From Parcubacteria group bacterium Gr01-1014_38 (GTDB taxonomy: Bacteria > Patescibacteriota > Andersenbacteria > UBA10190 > CAIZMI01), in contig VMFP01000001.1 of NCBI GenBank assembly GCA_007376145.1, forward strand, positions 14,639 to 78,638: a stretch of DNA of 64,000 nt. The letters are read 5' to 3'. The notes beneath the pieces were generated by a model. The model searched no databases. It saw nothing but the letters and a program-made list of their open reading frames with translations, and was not told where the DNA came from. Below are positions 18,272 to 28,509 of this stretch, piece by piece; the stretch's first letter is position 1; every line of letters begins with the position of its first letter. The position numbers were made by a program, and so were the translations under genes.

Positions 18272-19543
18272 ATGGCTGATCTTGTCCGCCAGTCGCATCT
18301 CTTTGGCGCTCCGCTTCGGGAGCCGCCAAAGGACGCGGAGATACTCTCTCACCGTCTCCTGGCACAAGGCGGATTCATCCACCAACTCGCAGCGGGTGTC
18401 TTTTCCCTTCTCCCCCTCGGTGTTCGTGTCCACCAGTGCATCGAGCAGATCATCCGGGAGGAAATGCTCGCTCTCGGCGCCCAGGAAATTCTTCTTCCTT
18501 CCCTGCAACCGAAAGCGCTGTGGGAAGAAACCGGACGCTGGACGACGATTGACCCGCCACTGTTTACGGTAAAAGACCGGCACGATCGTCTGTACGCGCT
18601 TGCGCCCACGCACGAAGAGGTCATCACCGATCTCGCGCGGACGTACCTGCACTCGTACAAGCAGCTCCCGGTGCTCGTTTTTCAAATCCACACAAAATTC
18701 CGCAATGAGCAGCGGCCCACCGGCGGACTCCTCCGGACCAGGGAGTTCACGATGAAAGACCTCTACTCGTTCCACGAGAGCGAGGAGGACCTCCGCGAGG
18801 CGTACGAGCGAGTAAAACGAGCGTATGGCCGCATCTTTCAGCGGTGCGGGCTCAAGGCGGTTCCCGTCTCGGCAGCGTCGGGTTCCATTGGGGGAACGGT
18901 CTCACATGAGTTCGTAATTCTTGCGGACCAAGGCGAAGACCGCGTGGCGCTCTGCTCCTCCTGCGGATTTGGCGCAAAGGTTGAAGCACTTGAAGGGAAG
19001 GCTGACCGCTGTCCATCCTGTGGTCACACGCTCGACGTGAAGAACTGCATCGAGGGAGGACACATTTTCCAACTGGGGCACACGTACAGCGACAAGATGA
19101 AGGCACAGATCACACGAGCAGACGGGAAGAAATCTCCGCTCATCATGGGCTGCTACGGCATCGGCCTCGGCCGTCTCCTGGCCAACGTCGTCGAGGCCTC
19201 GCACGATGAGCGTGGGATCGTGTGGCCGGCGTCCATTGCGCCGTTTCAGGTGCACGTGCTCGATGTGGGAGACGGAGCGGGCAACGAGCGAGTGACCAAG
19301 GCGGCCGCTGGCGCGCTCGCCCTGGAGCTCGCTGACGAGGGATTCTCCGTGCTCACCGACGACCGGGATGATGCCAGCCCAGGCGAGAAGTTCGCTGACG
19401 CCGATCTCATCGGCATCCCGTGGCGAGTGGTCATCAGTCCGAAGCACCTCACGAACAATACGGTTGGTCTCAAACGGCGGAGCGAGGGTGAGGAGCGGGC
19501 GGTTCCCGCAAAAGAGAGCCTCCGCGACGCGCTCGCTGGCTAA
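18272..19543 (+). CDS. proS: prolyl-tRNA synthetase, short form without the INS editing domain, with a CxxC...CxxC insertion
   Basis: Class II aaRS motifs (FRNEQRPTGGLLRTREFTMKD and GCYGIGLGRL); 423 aa. Confidence 0.85.
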   Translation: MADLVRQSHLFGAPLREPPKDAEILSHRLLAQGGFIHQLAAGVFSLLPLGVRVHQCIEQIIREEMLALGAQEILLPSLQPKALWEETGRWTTIDPPLFTVKDRHDRLYALAPTHEEVITDLARTYLHSYKQLPVLVFQIHTKFRNEQRPTGGLLRTREFTMKDLYSFHESEEDLREAYERVKRAYGRIFQRCGLKAVPVSAASGSIGGTVSHEFVILADQGEDRVALCSSCGFGAKVEALEGKADRCPSCGHTLDVKNCIEGGHIFQLGHTYSDKMKAQITRADGKKSPLIMGCYGIGLGRLLANVVEASHDERGIVWPASIAPFQVHVLDVGDGAGNERVTKAAAGALALELADEGFSVLTDDRDDASPGEKFADADLIGIPWRVVISPKHLTNNTVGLKRRSEGEERAVPAKESLRDALAG

Positions 19544-19613
19544 CGTGGAACACGGACGGGTCGCCAGCGCAGGAGAGGCTTCCAAGAAGGCGGTGCGGCA
19601 CGCCCCGGCTTTC

Positions 19614-19643
19614 AAAGCTACTTCAATATATTGAAGTAGCTTT
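19614..19643. repeat. perfect 30-bp palindrome aaagctacttcaata|tattgaagtagcttt (AT-rich)
   Basis: It is an exact reverse complement about its centre, located between the proS stop and the orphan gene at 19786, and no T-run follows it. Confidence 0.7.
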
Positions 19644-19785
19644 CCGGATTTCCATTATCCCCGCGGGCGGTCGCCCAGCATACTCGCAGAAGCAGCGGTC
19701 TTGACGCTCAGTGACCCATCGCCTAGACTTCCTATCGTCTACTAACCGGACTGTTCTTTTTCACAGTGTTTAGGAGAGAAATGTC

Positions 19786-20541
19786 ATGCCATTGCTTCCT
19801 GTACCGTCCTTTCTTCGTGACTATGCTGAACGATACGATCTAACCTGGACTCTTACATGCGAGAGTGCGGAAGATTGCGGTGGCTTTGCCATTGAGCCGC
19901 ATCCGAAAGAACGGAGATTTCACCTTCGGGCGCTACCAAGGTGCTTCGCCAACCCCTGGGATTCTAGGATGCTCTGGCACACAATTCTGCCGAGACTTCA
20001 TTTGGGGGAGACCCGCGACCCAGTGTTTAGCGATCACGCCGATCGGCGATTTCACGCCTTCTGGATTGAGATGCTTCTCGACGTGTGGTCCGTGGATGTT
20101 TTCTGCGCGTTCGAACCGACAGTCGCCGAAACGTTCCTACCCCTCTGGCGCCATCATGTGCTGCAGTATCAGTTACCCGAGCTGTCATCTTCCCGCGACC
20201 AGCTTGATCGATTAGCAAGGGCCGTAGAGACGATCCGAGAGCTCGCGATTTTGAAACGTCTGGGCCAACGGTTTGGTCGACGCGCCCTCGCCACCAAACA
20301 GCTAACTGATATCCTAGCCTATGTGCAGCAGCTGACCGCCGCACGCGGCAGTATGAAGAAACTCTACGATCGCTGGTGCGGCCTGCCGCCGATCGCCGAG
20401 GAAAAAACCGCCGCTCTCCGTCAATTTGACCAGGCGGTTACTGACCTCTTTCGGATGCTGTTTATCCCAATAAAAGCCACGCTCGTTTGGAGCGAGAATC
20501 GGCACGTATGGCAATTTGATTCCATGGTTCCGGATAACTGA
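19786..20541 (+). CDS. hypothetical protein (orphan, no recognisable domain)
   Basis: An SD aggagag lies upstream of the ATG. The 251-aa product is soluble and His/Trp-rich, and the gene has lower GC than its flanks. It is bounded by the palindrome on one side and a terminator on the other. Confidence 0.5.
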   Translation: MPLLPVPSFLRDYAERYDLTWTLTCESAEDCGGFAIEPHPKERRFHLRALPRCFANPWDSRMLWHTILPRLHLGETRDPVFSDHADRRFHAFWIEMLLDVWSVDVFCAFEPTVAETFLPLWRHHVLQYQLPELSSSRDQLDRLARAVETIRELAILKRLGQRFGRRALATKQLTDILAYVQQLTAARGSMKKLYDRWCGLPPIAEEKTAALRQFDQAVTDLFRMLFIPIKATLVWSENRHVWQFDSMVPDN

Positions 20542-20589
20542 TAGGTTTTTCAGACATACCTTTACGCCGCCACAAGTTGTAGCACTTGT

Positions 20590-20624
20590 AAAGACCGCAT
20601 TGCTCGCCCAGCGGTCTTTTTTCT
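20590..20624 (+). terminator. rho-independent terminator
   Basis: aaagaccgc...gcggtcttt stem followed by TTTTTT. Confidence 0.7.
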
Positions 20625-20703
20625 GTCGGCCCACGCGTTAGCCGGGGGAAACTCTTCTTTTGCAGCACTAGGCACTCGTGCTCCGCTCCGGTACACTAGG
20701 AGC

Positions 20704-21756
20704 GTGTTCAACCGCTTTTTCGGCGTCTTCTCGCAGGATTTAGGGGTAGACCTTGGCACGGCGAACACCCTTGTCTACCAGCGAGGGAAGGGAATTGTGA
20801 TCAATGAACCGTCCGTCGTGGCGATCAACATCAAGACGAAGCAAATCCTTGCGATTGGCGCCGAGGCGCGACGGATGATCGGGAAAACACCGGCGCACAT
20901 TGTCGCGATGCGCCCACTCCGCGACGGGGTCATTTCGGATTTTGAAGTCACGCAGCAGATGCTCCGCTATTTCATTGAGAAGGCGCATGAGCACTCGGTC
21001 GCGCTCTTCGCGCGTCCCCGCGTGGTGATCGGCATCCCATCGGGAGTCACGGAGGTCGAGCGGCGCGCGGTGGAAGACGCCTCGATGCGCGCGGGTGCCC
21101 GCCGGGTGTTCCTCATCGAGGAACCGATGGCGGCCGCGATCGGTGCGCGCTTGCCTGTCCAGGATGCGGCGGGGAACCTTGTGGTGGACATCGGCGGTGG
21201 AACCACCGAGGTGGCGGTCATTTCCCTCGGTGGTGTGGTCGTGAGTCGGAGCATCCGGATTGCGGGAGACGAGCTGAACGACGACATCATCCGCTATGCA
21301 CGCGACGAATTTAACCTTCTCCTGGGAGAGCGGACGGCGGAAGAGATTAAAATCACCATCGGGAGTTCCTGGGAACTCGCCGATCCGTTGGAAATGCCCA
21401 TGCGGGGTCGCGACCTTGTCACCGGGCTTCCCAAGGAGGTGATGGTGAACGACGCCCAGATCCGGCAAGCCTTGACGCGGAGTACGCGGATCATCGTGAA
21501 CCACGTCAAAGCCACCGTTGAAGAAACACCACCGGAACTCCTCGCGGATGTCATGGAACGGGGCATTATCCTCATCGGAGGTGGAGCGCTCCTCCGTGGG
21601 CTGGACCAGCTGTTGTCGTCGGTCACGCAAGTGCCAGTGAAAGTGACCGATGACCCGCTCACCGCGGTGGTCCGAGGGTGCGGTATTGTCCTCGAAGACA
21701 TCGAAGCGCTCCAGGAAGTCCTCGTTCCCACGCCATCGCCCGGGATTGTTCGGTAG
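20704..21756 (+). CDS. mreB: rod shape-determining protein MreB
   Basis: An aggagc SD precedes the GTG start; actin-like motifs DLGTANT and VVDIGGGTTEVAVIS are present; 350 aa. Confidence 0.92.
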   Translation: MFNRFFGVFSQDLGVDLGTANTLVYQRGKGIVINEPSVVAINIKTKQILAIGAEARRMIGKTPAHIVAMRPLRDGVISDFEVTQQMLRYFIEKAHEHSVALFARPRVVIGIPSGVTEVERRAVEDASMRAGARRVFLIEEPMAAAIGARLPVQDAAGNLVVDIGGGTTEVAVISLGGVVVSRSIRIAGDELNDDIIRYARDEFNLLLGERTAEEIKITIGSSWELADPLEMPMRGRDLVTGLPKEVMVNDAQIRQALTRSTRIIVNHVKATVEETPPELLADVMERGIILIGGGALLRGLDQLLSSVTQVPVKVTDDPLTAVVRGCGIVLEDIEALQEVLVPTPSPGIVR

Positions 21757-21769
21757 AAGGGAGAGGGAA

Positions 21770-22564
21770 ATGCCGCGTCCACGCTTCCGAGTGCTTCTTG
21801 GCATGGTCGGTGTTGGCTTGGTCATCCTGGCGCTCCACGACGGATGGCTGAATGGACCACTGGGTCTGGCGCGCGTCGGGTTCGCACCAGTAGAGTGGTC
21901 GATCACGAATGTGGGGGAAACCGTCGGGGGGGTCGTCTGGTCGTTCCTCCGGGTAGGAACACTCAGCCGGCGGGTCCGTACCCTAGAAGAAGAACTCGCG
22001 CGTCTCCGAGCTGAACAGGCACGGGAAGCGAGTCTCCAGCAGGAGAACGCGGAACTCCGCCAGGCATTACGCCTGCTTCCCCGGACACGCTTCCGCCATG
22101 TTGCGGCGGACGTCACCGGGGTCTCCACCGACGGGGCAAGCGCGGTCTTGCGGATAAACCGGGGGGCGAACGACCGTATCCCCACCGACGCAGCGGTCAT
22201 CGCTGCTGATGGGGTCGTCGTTGGACACGTGAGCAGCGTTCAGACGTCCACGGCGACCGTCGAGTTGCTGACCGGCGGAAAGGTCCGCGTCGCGGCACGT
22301 GCCCTCGACACCGGCGCGGAAGGAATCGTCCACGGCGTCCGGGGGCTCGACGTCATCTTTGACGGAATCCCGCGGACGCAAACGCTCCGCGTCGGGGACC
22401 GCTTGGTCACGACTGGCCTCGACGGGAATTTCCCGCCGTACCTCCTTCTCGGTACGGTGGTGTCAGTGCGAGCACTGGAGAACGCAATTTTCCAGGAGGC
22501 GAGCGTGCAACTCCCTCTCGATCTCCACCGTCTGAAGGTCGTGGCGGTTCTTCTCGAGTCGTGA
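21770..22564 (+). CDS. mreC: rod shape-determining protein MreC
   Basis: A gaagggagaggg SD and then ATG 21770, an N-terminal TM, a coiled-coil (LEEELARLRAEQ) and a C-terminal beta domain; the gene sits directly after mreB. Confidence 0.8.
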   Translation: MPRPRFRVLLGMVGVGLVILALHDGWLNGPLGLARVGFAPVEWSITNVGETVGGVVWSFLRVGTLSRRVRTLEEELARLRAEQAREASLQQENAELRQALRLLPRTRFRHVAADVTGVSTDGASAVLRINRGANDRIPTDAAVIAADGVVVGHVSSVQTSTATVELLTGGKVRVAARALDTGAEGIVHGVRGLDVIFDGIPRTQTLRVGDRLVTTGLDGNFPPYLLLGTVVSVRALENAIFQEASVQLPLDLHRLKVVAVLLES

Positions 22565-23103
22565 TGCGAAAAATCCTTCTTCCGCTCCTTCTCTTTTTCC
22601 TCCTCGCTGGGGGAGAGACGGCGGTCGCACGCTGGCTTCCTTCTCCGTTCGTCGCTCCGCTGCTCCTCCCCGCACTCCTCACGCTGGCGTTCCGACTCCC
22701 CGCCACCCGACTGGCGCGGCTCGCGTTCCTCGGCGGCCTCGCCGGAGAGGCCGCGAGTGGGTTGCCGGGTGGAACGATACTCGCGGCCCTGGTGGCTCTC
22801 CCGCTTGCGGTTCGCGCGCTGGTCCGCCGTCCAGAACTCCCGGTCCTGGTACGCGGACTGGTGGGAATGATCGCGGCCCTGCTGTTCTCCATTCTTGTGC
22901 AGGCGGCGGCTCCCGGACCGTTCGCTCCTCCGGCGCGGCTGCTCGCGCAGTTCATCACGGCGAAACTTCTGTTCCCATCGCTCTTCGTCGGCGCTCTTGT
23001 GCTCTTTATGGGCTCGCTCCTCGACGCGCGGGAGCAACGGCGCTTCTCGTCTCTTGGTCTGCTTCCGGCCGCGGCCGGGGGTCCGTACCCGTCAGTGAAG
23101 TAA
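22561..23103 (+). CDS. mreD: rod shape-determining protein MreD-like polytopic membrane protein
   Basis: The GTG start overlaps the mreC stop (GTGA); the call rests on position between mreC and PBP2 and on 4-5 TM helices, with no conserved motifs available. Confidence 0.5.
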   Translation: MMRKILLPLLLFFLLAGGETAVARWLPSPFVAPLLLPALLTLAFRLPATRLARLAFLGGLAGEAASGLPGGTILAALVALPLAVRALVRRPELPVLVRGLVGMIAALLFSILVQAAAPGPFAPPARLLAQFITAKLLFPSLFVGALVLFMGSLLDAREQRRFSSLGLLPAAAGGPYPSVK

Positions 23104-23112
23104 CGAGCGCCG

Positions 23113-25047
23113 ATGCCTCGACGTGCCGTACCGCCGAAAGAACACTTACCCCACCACGTTCGTGGTGGCCGCCTCTTCCACTCTTTCAGCGATCTCTGGT
23201 CGCTGCCCGAATCCCCAAAGCTCTCCAAGCTCCCCCCACCGATCGCCGGAGCGTTCACGCTCGGAGGCCTGCGCGTGCTGACGGCACTGGTTCTTCTTCT
23301 CTTGTTCGCCCAAAGCCTCCGGTTGCAAATCGCTGCTGGCTCTCTCTTCCGAAAAGAAGCGGAGAGCAACCGTGTCCGCGATCTCGTCGAGTATGCTCCT
23401 CGCGGAATCTTCCTTGATCGACTCGGGAAGCCCCTCGCTCAAAACATCCCCGCGGTGGACCTCGTCGCTGATCCGGCGTTTCTCCCAGAGGATCTCGAAC
23501 CGGTGTTCGCTGACGTAAAGGAAGCGCTCCCGGAGCGGAACCGTGCCGACTTCTTGGATCGCTTGCGAGCGATTGATCGCCGAGGAACCTCGCCTGTTCC
23601 GATTCTCGAAGATCTCTCCCATCAGGAATTCCTCGCAGTGAGCGCTCGGGCGAACCGTCTTCCCGGCCTCCAGCTCGAGACGACCGCCGTCCGCGAGTAC
23701 CGGGGCAATGGCGTCTTCGCCCACGCGCTCGGGTACACCGGCAAGCTCAGCCCGGAAGAGCGGAAGCAATTCCCAGCCTACCTTCTCACCGAATCGCTTG
23801 GGAAAACAGGATTGGAACGTCAGTATGAGGAACGGTTGCGGGGACGGCATGGGATCCGCCAAGTGGAAGTGAATGCCCAAGGGGTGGTACAGCACGATCT
23901 CGGCCGAGAGCCCCCGGAACCGGGCTCCAACATTCGCCTCCACCTCGATGCAGAACTCCAGGAGCGCGCTGCGGCTGCACTTGCGCGCGGACTGGATGCT
24001 GCCGGCGTCCGGCGAGGGGTCGTGGTGGCCCTTGAACCACACACCGGGGCCGTCCGTTCCCTCGTGAGCCTGCCGACGTACCCCCAGAGCGACATTGCCC
24101 GGGGCACAAACGTGTCGACGACGCGCACGATCCTCGCGGATCCGGACTCTCCGTTTCTGAACCGGGTCACGCAAGGCCAGTATGTGCCGGGCTCTACGTT
24201 CAAATTGGCGGTGGCGAGCGCGGGGCTGGAGGAAGGCGTCATCACGTCTCGGACGACCGTCGAGAGCACCGGCGGTATCCGCGTCGGTCAGTGGTTCTTC
24301 CCCGACTGGAAACCGGGTGGGCACGGCCGGACGGACATCATCAAGGCGCTGGCGGAGTCGGTGAACACGTACTTCTACACGGTCGCGGGAGGTATGGGAG
24401 ACACCCGCGGGGTCGGGATCGAGCGCCTGGCAGCGTGGGCAAAAAAACTGGGGTTTGGAGAACCCACCGGTATCGATCTCCCGCAGGAAGCAAGCGGGTT
24501 TCTCCCATCGCCGGAGTGGAAAGAGGAGGTCAAGGGAGAAGCCTGGTACATCGGTGATACCTACCACGCCGCGATCGGACAGGGAGACGTCCTCATCACA
24601 CCGCTCCAGCTTGCCGTCGCCGCCTCGGTGATTGCGAACGGCGGAACGCTTCTTGCTCCGCGTCTCATCGATGCGATTGAAGGACCGGACGGATCAGTGC
24701 GAGAACGTGTTCCACCGGCGATCCGGGTGGAGCGCACCATCACGCCGGAAACGGCCTCCATCGTCCGCGCCGGGATGCGGGCCGCCGTGACCAGCGGCTC
24801 CGCTCGAGGATTGAATGAACTCCCGGTTGCGGTGGCGGCGAAAACCGGGACGGCACAGGTCGGCGGAACGGACCGCACGCACGCGTGGGTGACCGTCTTT
24901 GGTCCGGTGGAGGATCCAGACCTGGCGCTCGTCGTGCTCCTCGAAGGCGGGGGAGGCGGAGATCGGTTTGCGGTCCCGGTTGCCCGCGATATTCTCTCGT
25001 GGTACTTCGCTCCCGAACAGCGCGTGCGTCGCGCGGAGAGACCGTGA
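23113..25047 (+). CDS. mrdA: penicillin-binding protein 2 (elongation-specific transpeptidase)
   Basis: An N-terminal TM and a dimerisation domain, plus the STFK (SxxK) and KTGTAQV (KTG) motifs; 644 aa, directly after mreBCD. Confidence 0.85.
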   Translation: MPRRAVPPKEHLPHHVRGGRLFHSFSDLWSLPESPKLSKLPPPIAGAFTLGGLRVLTALVLLLLFAQSLRLQIAAGSLFRKEAESNRVRDLVEYAPRGIFLDRLGKPLAQNIPAVDLVADPAFLPEDLEPVFADVKEALPERNRADFLDRLRAIDRRGTSPVPILEDLSHQEFLAVSARANRLPGLQLETTAVREYRGNGVFAHALGYTGKLSPEERKQFPAYLLTESLGKTGLERQYEERLRGRHGIRQVEVNAQGVVQHDLGREPPEPGSNIRLHLDAELQERAAAALARGLDAAGVRRGVVVALEPHTGAVRSLVSLPTYPQSDIARGTNVSTTRTILADPDSPFLNRVTQGQYVPGSTFKLAVASAGLEEGVITSRTTVESTGGIRVGQWFFPDWKPGGHGRTDIIKALAESVNTYFYTVAGGMGDTRGVGIERLAAWAKKLGFGEPTGIDLPQEASGFLPSPEWKEEVKGEAWYIGDTYHAAIGQGDVLITPLQLAVAASVIANGGTLLAPRLIDAIEGPDGSVRERVPPAIRVERTITPETASIVRAGMRAAVTSGSARGLNELPVAVAAKTGTAQVGGTDRTHAWVTVFGPVEDPDLALVVLLEGGGGGDRFAVPVARDILSWYFAPEQRVRRAERP

Positions 25048-25130
25048 AGGAAGCGGGAAGCGCCCCTCGCGGTGCTCGGCGTTGAGGGCAGGTACTACGG
25101 CAACAGTCTGACCTTCCCAATTTCGTTGGC

Positions 25131-25158
25131 TTGACAGTTCCTTGCGCCCGCTTACAAT
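25131..25158 (+). promoter_or_regulatory. sigma70-like promoter TTGACA-16-TACAAT upstream of greA
   Basis: ttgaca, then a 16-nt spacer (gttccttgcgcccgct), then tacaat; the greA ATG lies about 50 nt downstream. Confidence 0.5.
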
Positions 25159-25210
25159 AGCCTCCCGTACCCGACCGTCCCCGGGCACACTTGTCCGTCA
25201 TTATTGACAG

Positions 25211-25681
25211 ATGAACCGAAAAAAGACGCTCATAACCGAAGAAGGGCTGAAAAAACTGCAAGACGAACTCCAAACCTTGAAGACTGTCCGGCGACGCGAG
25301 GTGGCCGAAGCGATCCAGCGCGCAAAAGAGCAGGGAGACCTGTCCGAGAATGCAGAGTATGTGGAAGCGAAGGAGGCGCAGGGCCTCGTGGAGCAGCGGA
25401 TTGTGGAGTTTGAAGCCACGTTGAAGAACGTGGAAGTGATTCGGAAAGACGAAACGGTGAACCACACGGCGGTGGCGGTTGGAGACACCGTCACGATCCA
25501 CTGGAACGGAGATCAAACCACGTACACCATCGTGGGGGCGAACGAGGCGGATCCGGCATCGGGAAAAATTTCGAACGAATCACCGGTAGGAACCGCGCTC
25601 CTCAGCAAGCGGGTCGGGGATACCGCGCTCATCCGAACGCCGAGCGGCACCAAAGAAGCGAGCATCGTGCGCATCGCCTAG
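25211..25681 (+). CDS. greA: transcription elongation factor GreA
   Basis: An N-terminal coiled-coil, the DLSENAEY motif and a C-terminal FKBP-like domain; 156 aa. Confidence 0.9.
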   Translation: MNRKKTLITEEGLKKLQDELQTLKTVRRREVAEAIQRAKEQGDLSENAEYVEAKEAQGLVEQRIVEFEATLKNVEVIRKDETVNHTAVAVGDTVTIHWNGDQTTYTIVGANEADPASGKISNESPVGTALLSKRVGDTALIRTPSGTKEASIVRIA

Positions 25682-25757
25682 AGCTCCGCGCAGTGCGCGG
25701 AGACCTGGGTTGCCTCGGTCTCCGGAATCCTGTAGGGTTCCATCTTAAGGATCAGCA

Positions 25758-27218
25758 GTGCGACACGATCTCCTCGCCGCCCGAGAGGCACACCGGGAAC
25801 TCTTTCGGACTCGTGGCAGAGAGCCGTACCCTACGTGGCACGGTCGCACCCACACCGCGGCGGATGTCCGTGCGCGCTTCGCCTCGCTCGCAAAAACCAA
25901 GGAAGCCGTCACGGTCGCGGGACGACTCGTTGGCACGCGCGAACACGGCGGTGTCCGGTTTCTTGATCTAAAAGATGACTCGGGAACACTGCAGCTCCTC
26001 TGTCGCTCGGACGCACTGTCCAGCGAGCTGTTTCACCTGCTCGACGCGCTGGATCCGGGCGATCTCCTCACCGCCTCCGGGCCGGTCGTCAAGACGCAGG
26101 CGGGGGAACTGAGCGTTGACGTCACCACGTGGGCGCCGCTGGCGAAGGCGCTCCGCCCGCCTCCTGATCCGAGGTCTGGGTTGCGCGACGAGGAAGAGCG
26201 CGCGCGTCATCGGGAAGTGGATCTCCTCGCGAATCCAGAAACGCGCCGCGTCTTTGACGTGCGCGTCAAACTCCTCCACGGTCTCCGAGCGTTCCTCACG
26301 GGCGAAGGGTTCATCGAGGTGGAGACCCCGATCCTCCAGTCCCAGCCGGGCGGCGCAGCGGCGCACCCGTTTCGCACGCATCACCGTGCGCTCGATCTGG
26401 AGTTCACCCTTCGCATCTCCCCCGAGCTGTATCTGAAACGTCTCATGATCGGGGGCTACGAGAAAGTATTCGAAGTCGGGAAGGCGTTCCGCAACGAAGG
26501 GATTGACCGACAGCACAACCCGGAGTTCACCATCTGCGAGTTCTACTGGGCCTACACCGCCGTAGATGATCTCATTCCTTTCACGGAGCGCCTCGTGTCA
26601 ACGCTCCTCACGGAGGTCGTGGGAAGCCCGCGCCTCACGGCCCAGGGACAGACACTGGACTTCACGCCGCCGTGGCCGCGGGTCTCCGTCGTGGATGCGG
26701 TGGAGGAGACGGCGGGTGTCAACCTGGGGAGCGACCGAGATCCACGCGCCTACGAGAAGGCACTCACGAAGCTCGAGGTGAATCTCCCTGAGGATCGAAC
26801 CCTCCCGAATCTCATGGACGCACTGATCAACGCCGCGGTCCGCAGCAACGCGACGAGTCCCTTGGTGCTCCTTGGGGCACCGGTCGAGCTCGAGCCACTG
26901 GCGAAGCGCTCTCCGGACGAACCACGCCTGGTCCAGCGGATGCAGATCCTCGTTGGGGGCATGGAGCTCATTAAGGCGTACACCGAGGAAAACGATCCTT
27001 GGGAGCAGGAACGGCGCTTTCGCGAGCAGGCCTCCCTTCGCGGGTCGTCGGAGGTTCACCCACTGGACGCTGCGTACATCGAAGCATTGAAGGTGGGGCT
27101 TCCGCCGACCGCCGGGTGGGGAATGGGTGTTGACCGACTCGTCATGCTGGCAACGGGCCGCCCAAGCATCCGCGATGTGCTCTTTTTCCCACTCTTGCGA
27201 CCGGAACGTCATGATTGA
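25758..27218 (+). CDS. lysS: lysyl-tRNA synthetase class II
   Basis: An anticodon-binding OB fold, then FIEVETPIL, FRNEGID...HNPEFT and GMGVDRL motifs; 486 aa. Confidence 0.88.
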   Translation: MRHDLLAAREAHRELFRTRGREPYPTWHGRTHTAADVRARFASLAKTKEAVTVAGRLVGTREHGGVRFLDLKDDSGTLQLLCRSDALSSELFHLLDALDPGDLLTASGPVVKTQAGELSVDVTTWAPLAKALRPPPDPRSGLRDEEERARHREVDLLANPETRRVFDVRVKLLHGLRAFLTGEGFIEVETPILQSQPGGAAAHPFRTHHRALDLEFTLRISPELYLKRLMIGGYEKVFEVGKAFRNEGIDRQHNPEFTICEFYWAYTAVDDLIPFTERLVSTLLTEVVGSPRLTAQGQTLDFTPPWPRVSVVDAVEETAGVNLGSDRDPRAYEKALTKLEVNLPEDRTLPNLMDALINAAVRSNATSPLVLLGAPVELEPLAKRSPDEPRLVQRMQILVGGMELIKAYTEENDPWEQERRFREQASLRGSSEVHPLDAAYIEALKVGLPPTAGWGMGVDRLVMLATGRPSIRDVLFFPLLRPERHD

Positions 27219-28497
27219 CATCGAACTCCTCCGGAAAAATCCCGCTACCGTGATCAAGCGGCTCGGGACACGGGGCGTTCTGAAGAAAGAGGTCGAAGCG
27301 CTAATCCGCGCCGATACAAAGTGGCGGAAAGCAGAAGCAAAGGTTGAACAATTGACTGCGCAACGAAATAAATTAAGTGAGGAAGTTCCCAAACTCTCCA
27401 GTGAAAAAAGGAAACAGCGGATTTCGGAACTCCGTTCGCTAAATCTCCGTTTGCTTGGCCCGACGGGAAGAGGGGATCTCGCTCTGCTGGAAAAGAGCCG
27501 CCTTGAACTCTGGAAAAAATTGCCAAACCTCCCACTTCCAGAGGTTCCCGTCGGTTCGGATGCATCCGCCAACCACGTTGTGACTGAACCATTGCTTCCG
27601 CTACCAAAGTTCTCCTTTCTGCCACGTAATCATTTGGGATTAGGGATAAGCCTCGGCATTCTGGACATCGAACACGCCGCCGCAGCCTCGGGCTCTCGTT
27701 TTGGTGCGTTCCTTGGCGATGGCGTCCGCCTGGAATTTGCACTCGTTACCCATGCGTTCAAGGTCCTTGCGGCAGAAGCGTTCACTCCGATTCTCCCGCC
27801 GGCACTCATCAAGCGGAAGCGGATGGACGCGATGGGGTACCTCGATCGAGGGGCAGAAGAGGTGTACACAACGCAAGACGACCTTGTACTCGTCGGGACC
27901 TCCGAACAGTCGGTGGGAGCCATGTACGCCGGTCAGGTTTTCTCCCAGAAGGACCTGCCGGCTCGGTTCGTCGCGTTCTCCACGTGCTTCCGGCGTGAGG
28001 CTGGTTCGCACGGGAAGGATGTCCGTGGAATCATTCGTGTCCACCAGTTCGATAAAGTAGAAATGTTCTCCTTCTGCCGTCCGGAAGATTCAGTGAGGGA
28101 ACACCGTTTCTTTCTGGAACTCCAGAAGCGGCTCATGGAAGACCTGGAGATTCCATTCCGCGTCGTCCAACTCTGCACGGGAGACCTCGGCGTTGCCGCC
28201 GCCGCAACCTACGACATCGAAGCGTGGTTTCCGTCCCGGAATGCCTTTGTCGAGACACATTCGACGAGCAATACGACCGATTTCCAAACCCGACGACTCC
28301 CCGTGAAATTCCGCGCGGAGAACGGACAGTTGCGCCTCGGACACGCGGTGAACGGAACCGCGTACGCCATCCAACGCACCATCGCAGCGCTCCTTGAAGT
28401 GCATCAAACGGCCGACGGGACCGTGCGCATTCCGAACGTCCTCCGTCCGTACCTGGGCGGTCAAGACACTCTCCGGCGTTCCGACGAGCGACACTAG
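27211..28497 (+). CDS. serS: seryl-tRNA synthetase
   Basis: The ATG overlaps the lysS 3' end; an N-terminal coiled-coil arm, then FRRE and GxGxGR-like class II motifs; 428 aa. Confidence 0.88.
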   Translation: MIDIELLRKNPATVIKRLGTRGVLKKEVEALIRADTKWRKAEAKVEQLTAQRNKLSEEVPKLSSEKRKQRISELRSLNLRLLGPTGRGDLALLEKSRLELWKKLPNLPLPEVPVGSDASANHVVTEPLLPLPKFSFLPRNHLGLGISLGILDIEHAAAASGSRFGAFLGDGVRLEFALVTHAFKVLAAEAFTPILPPALIKRKRMDAMGYLDRGAEEVYTTQDDLVLVGTSEQSVGAMYAGQVFSQKDLPARFVAFSTCFRREAGSHGKDVRGIIRVHQFDKVEMFSFCRPEDSVREHRFFLELQKRLMEDLEIPFRVVQLCTGDLGVAAAATYDIEAWFPSRNAFVETHSTSNTTDFQTRRLPVKFRAENGQLRLGHAVNGTAYAIQRTIAALLEVHQTADGTVRIPNVLRPYLGGQDTLRRSDERH

Positions 28498-28509
28498 TCA
28501 TCCTCCACC

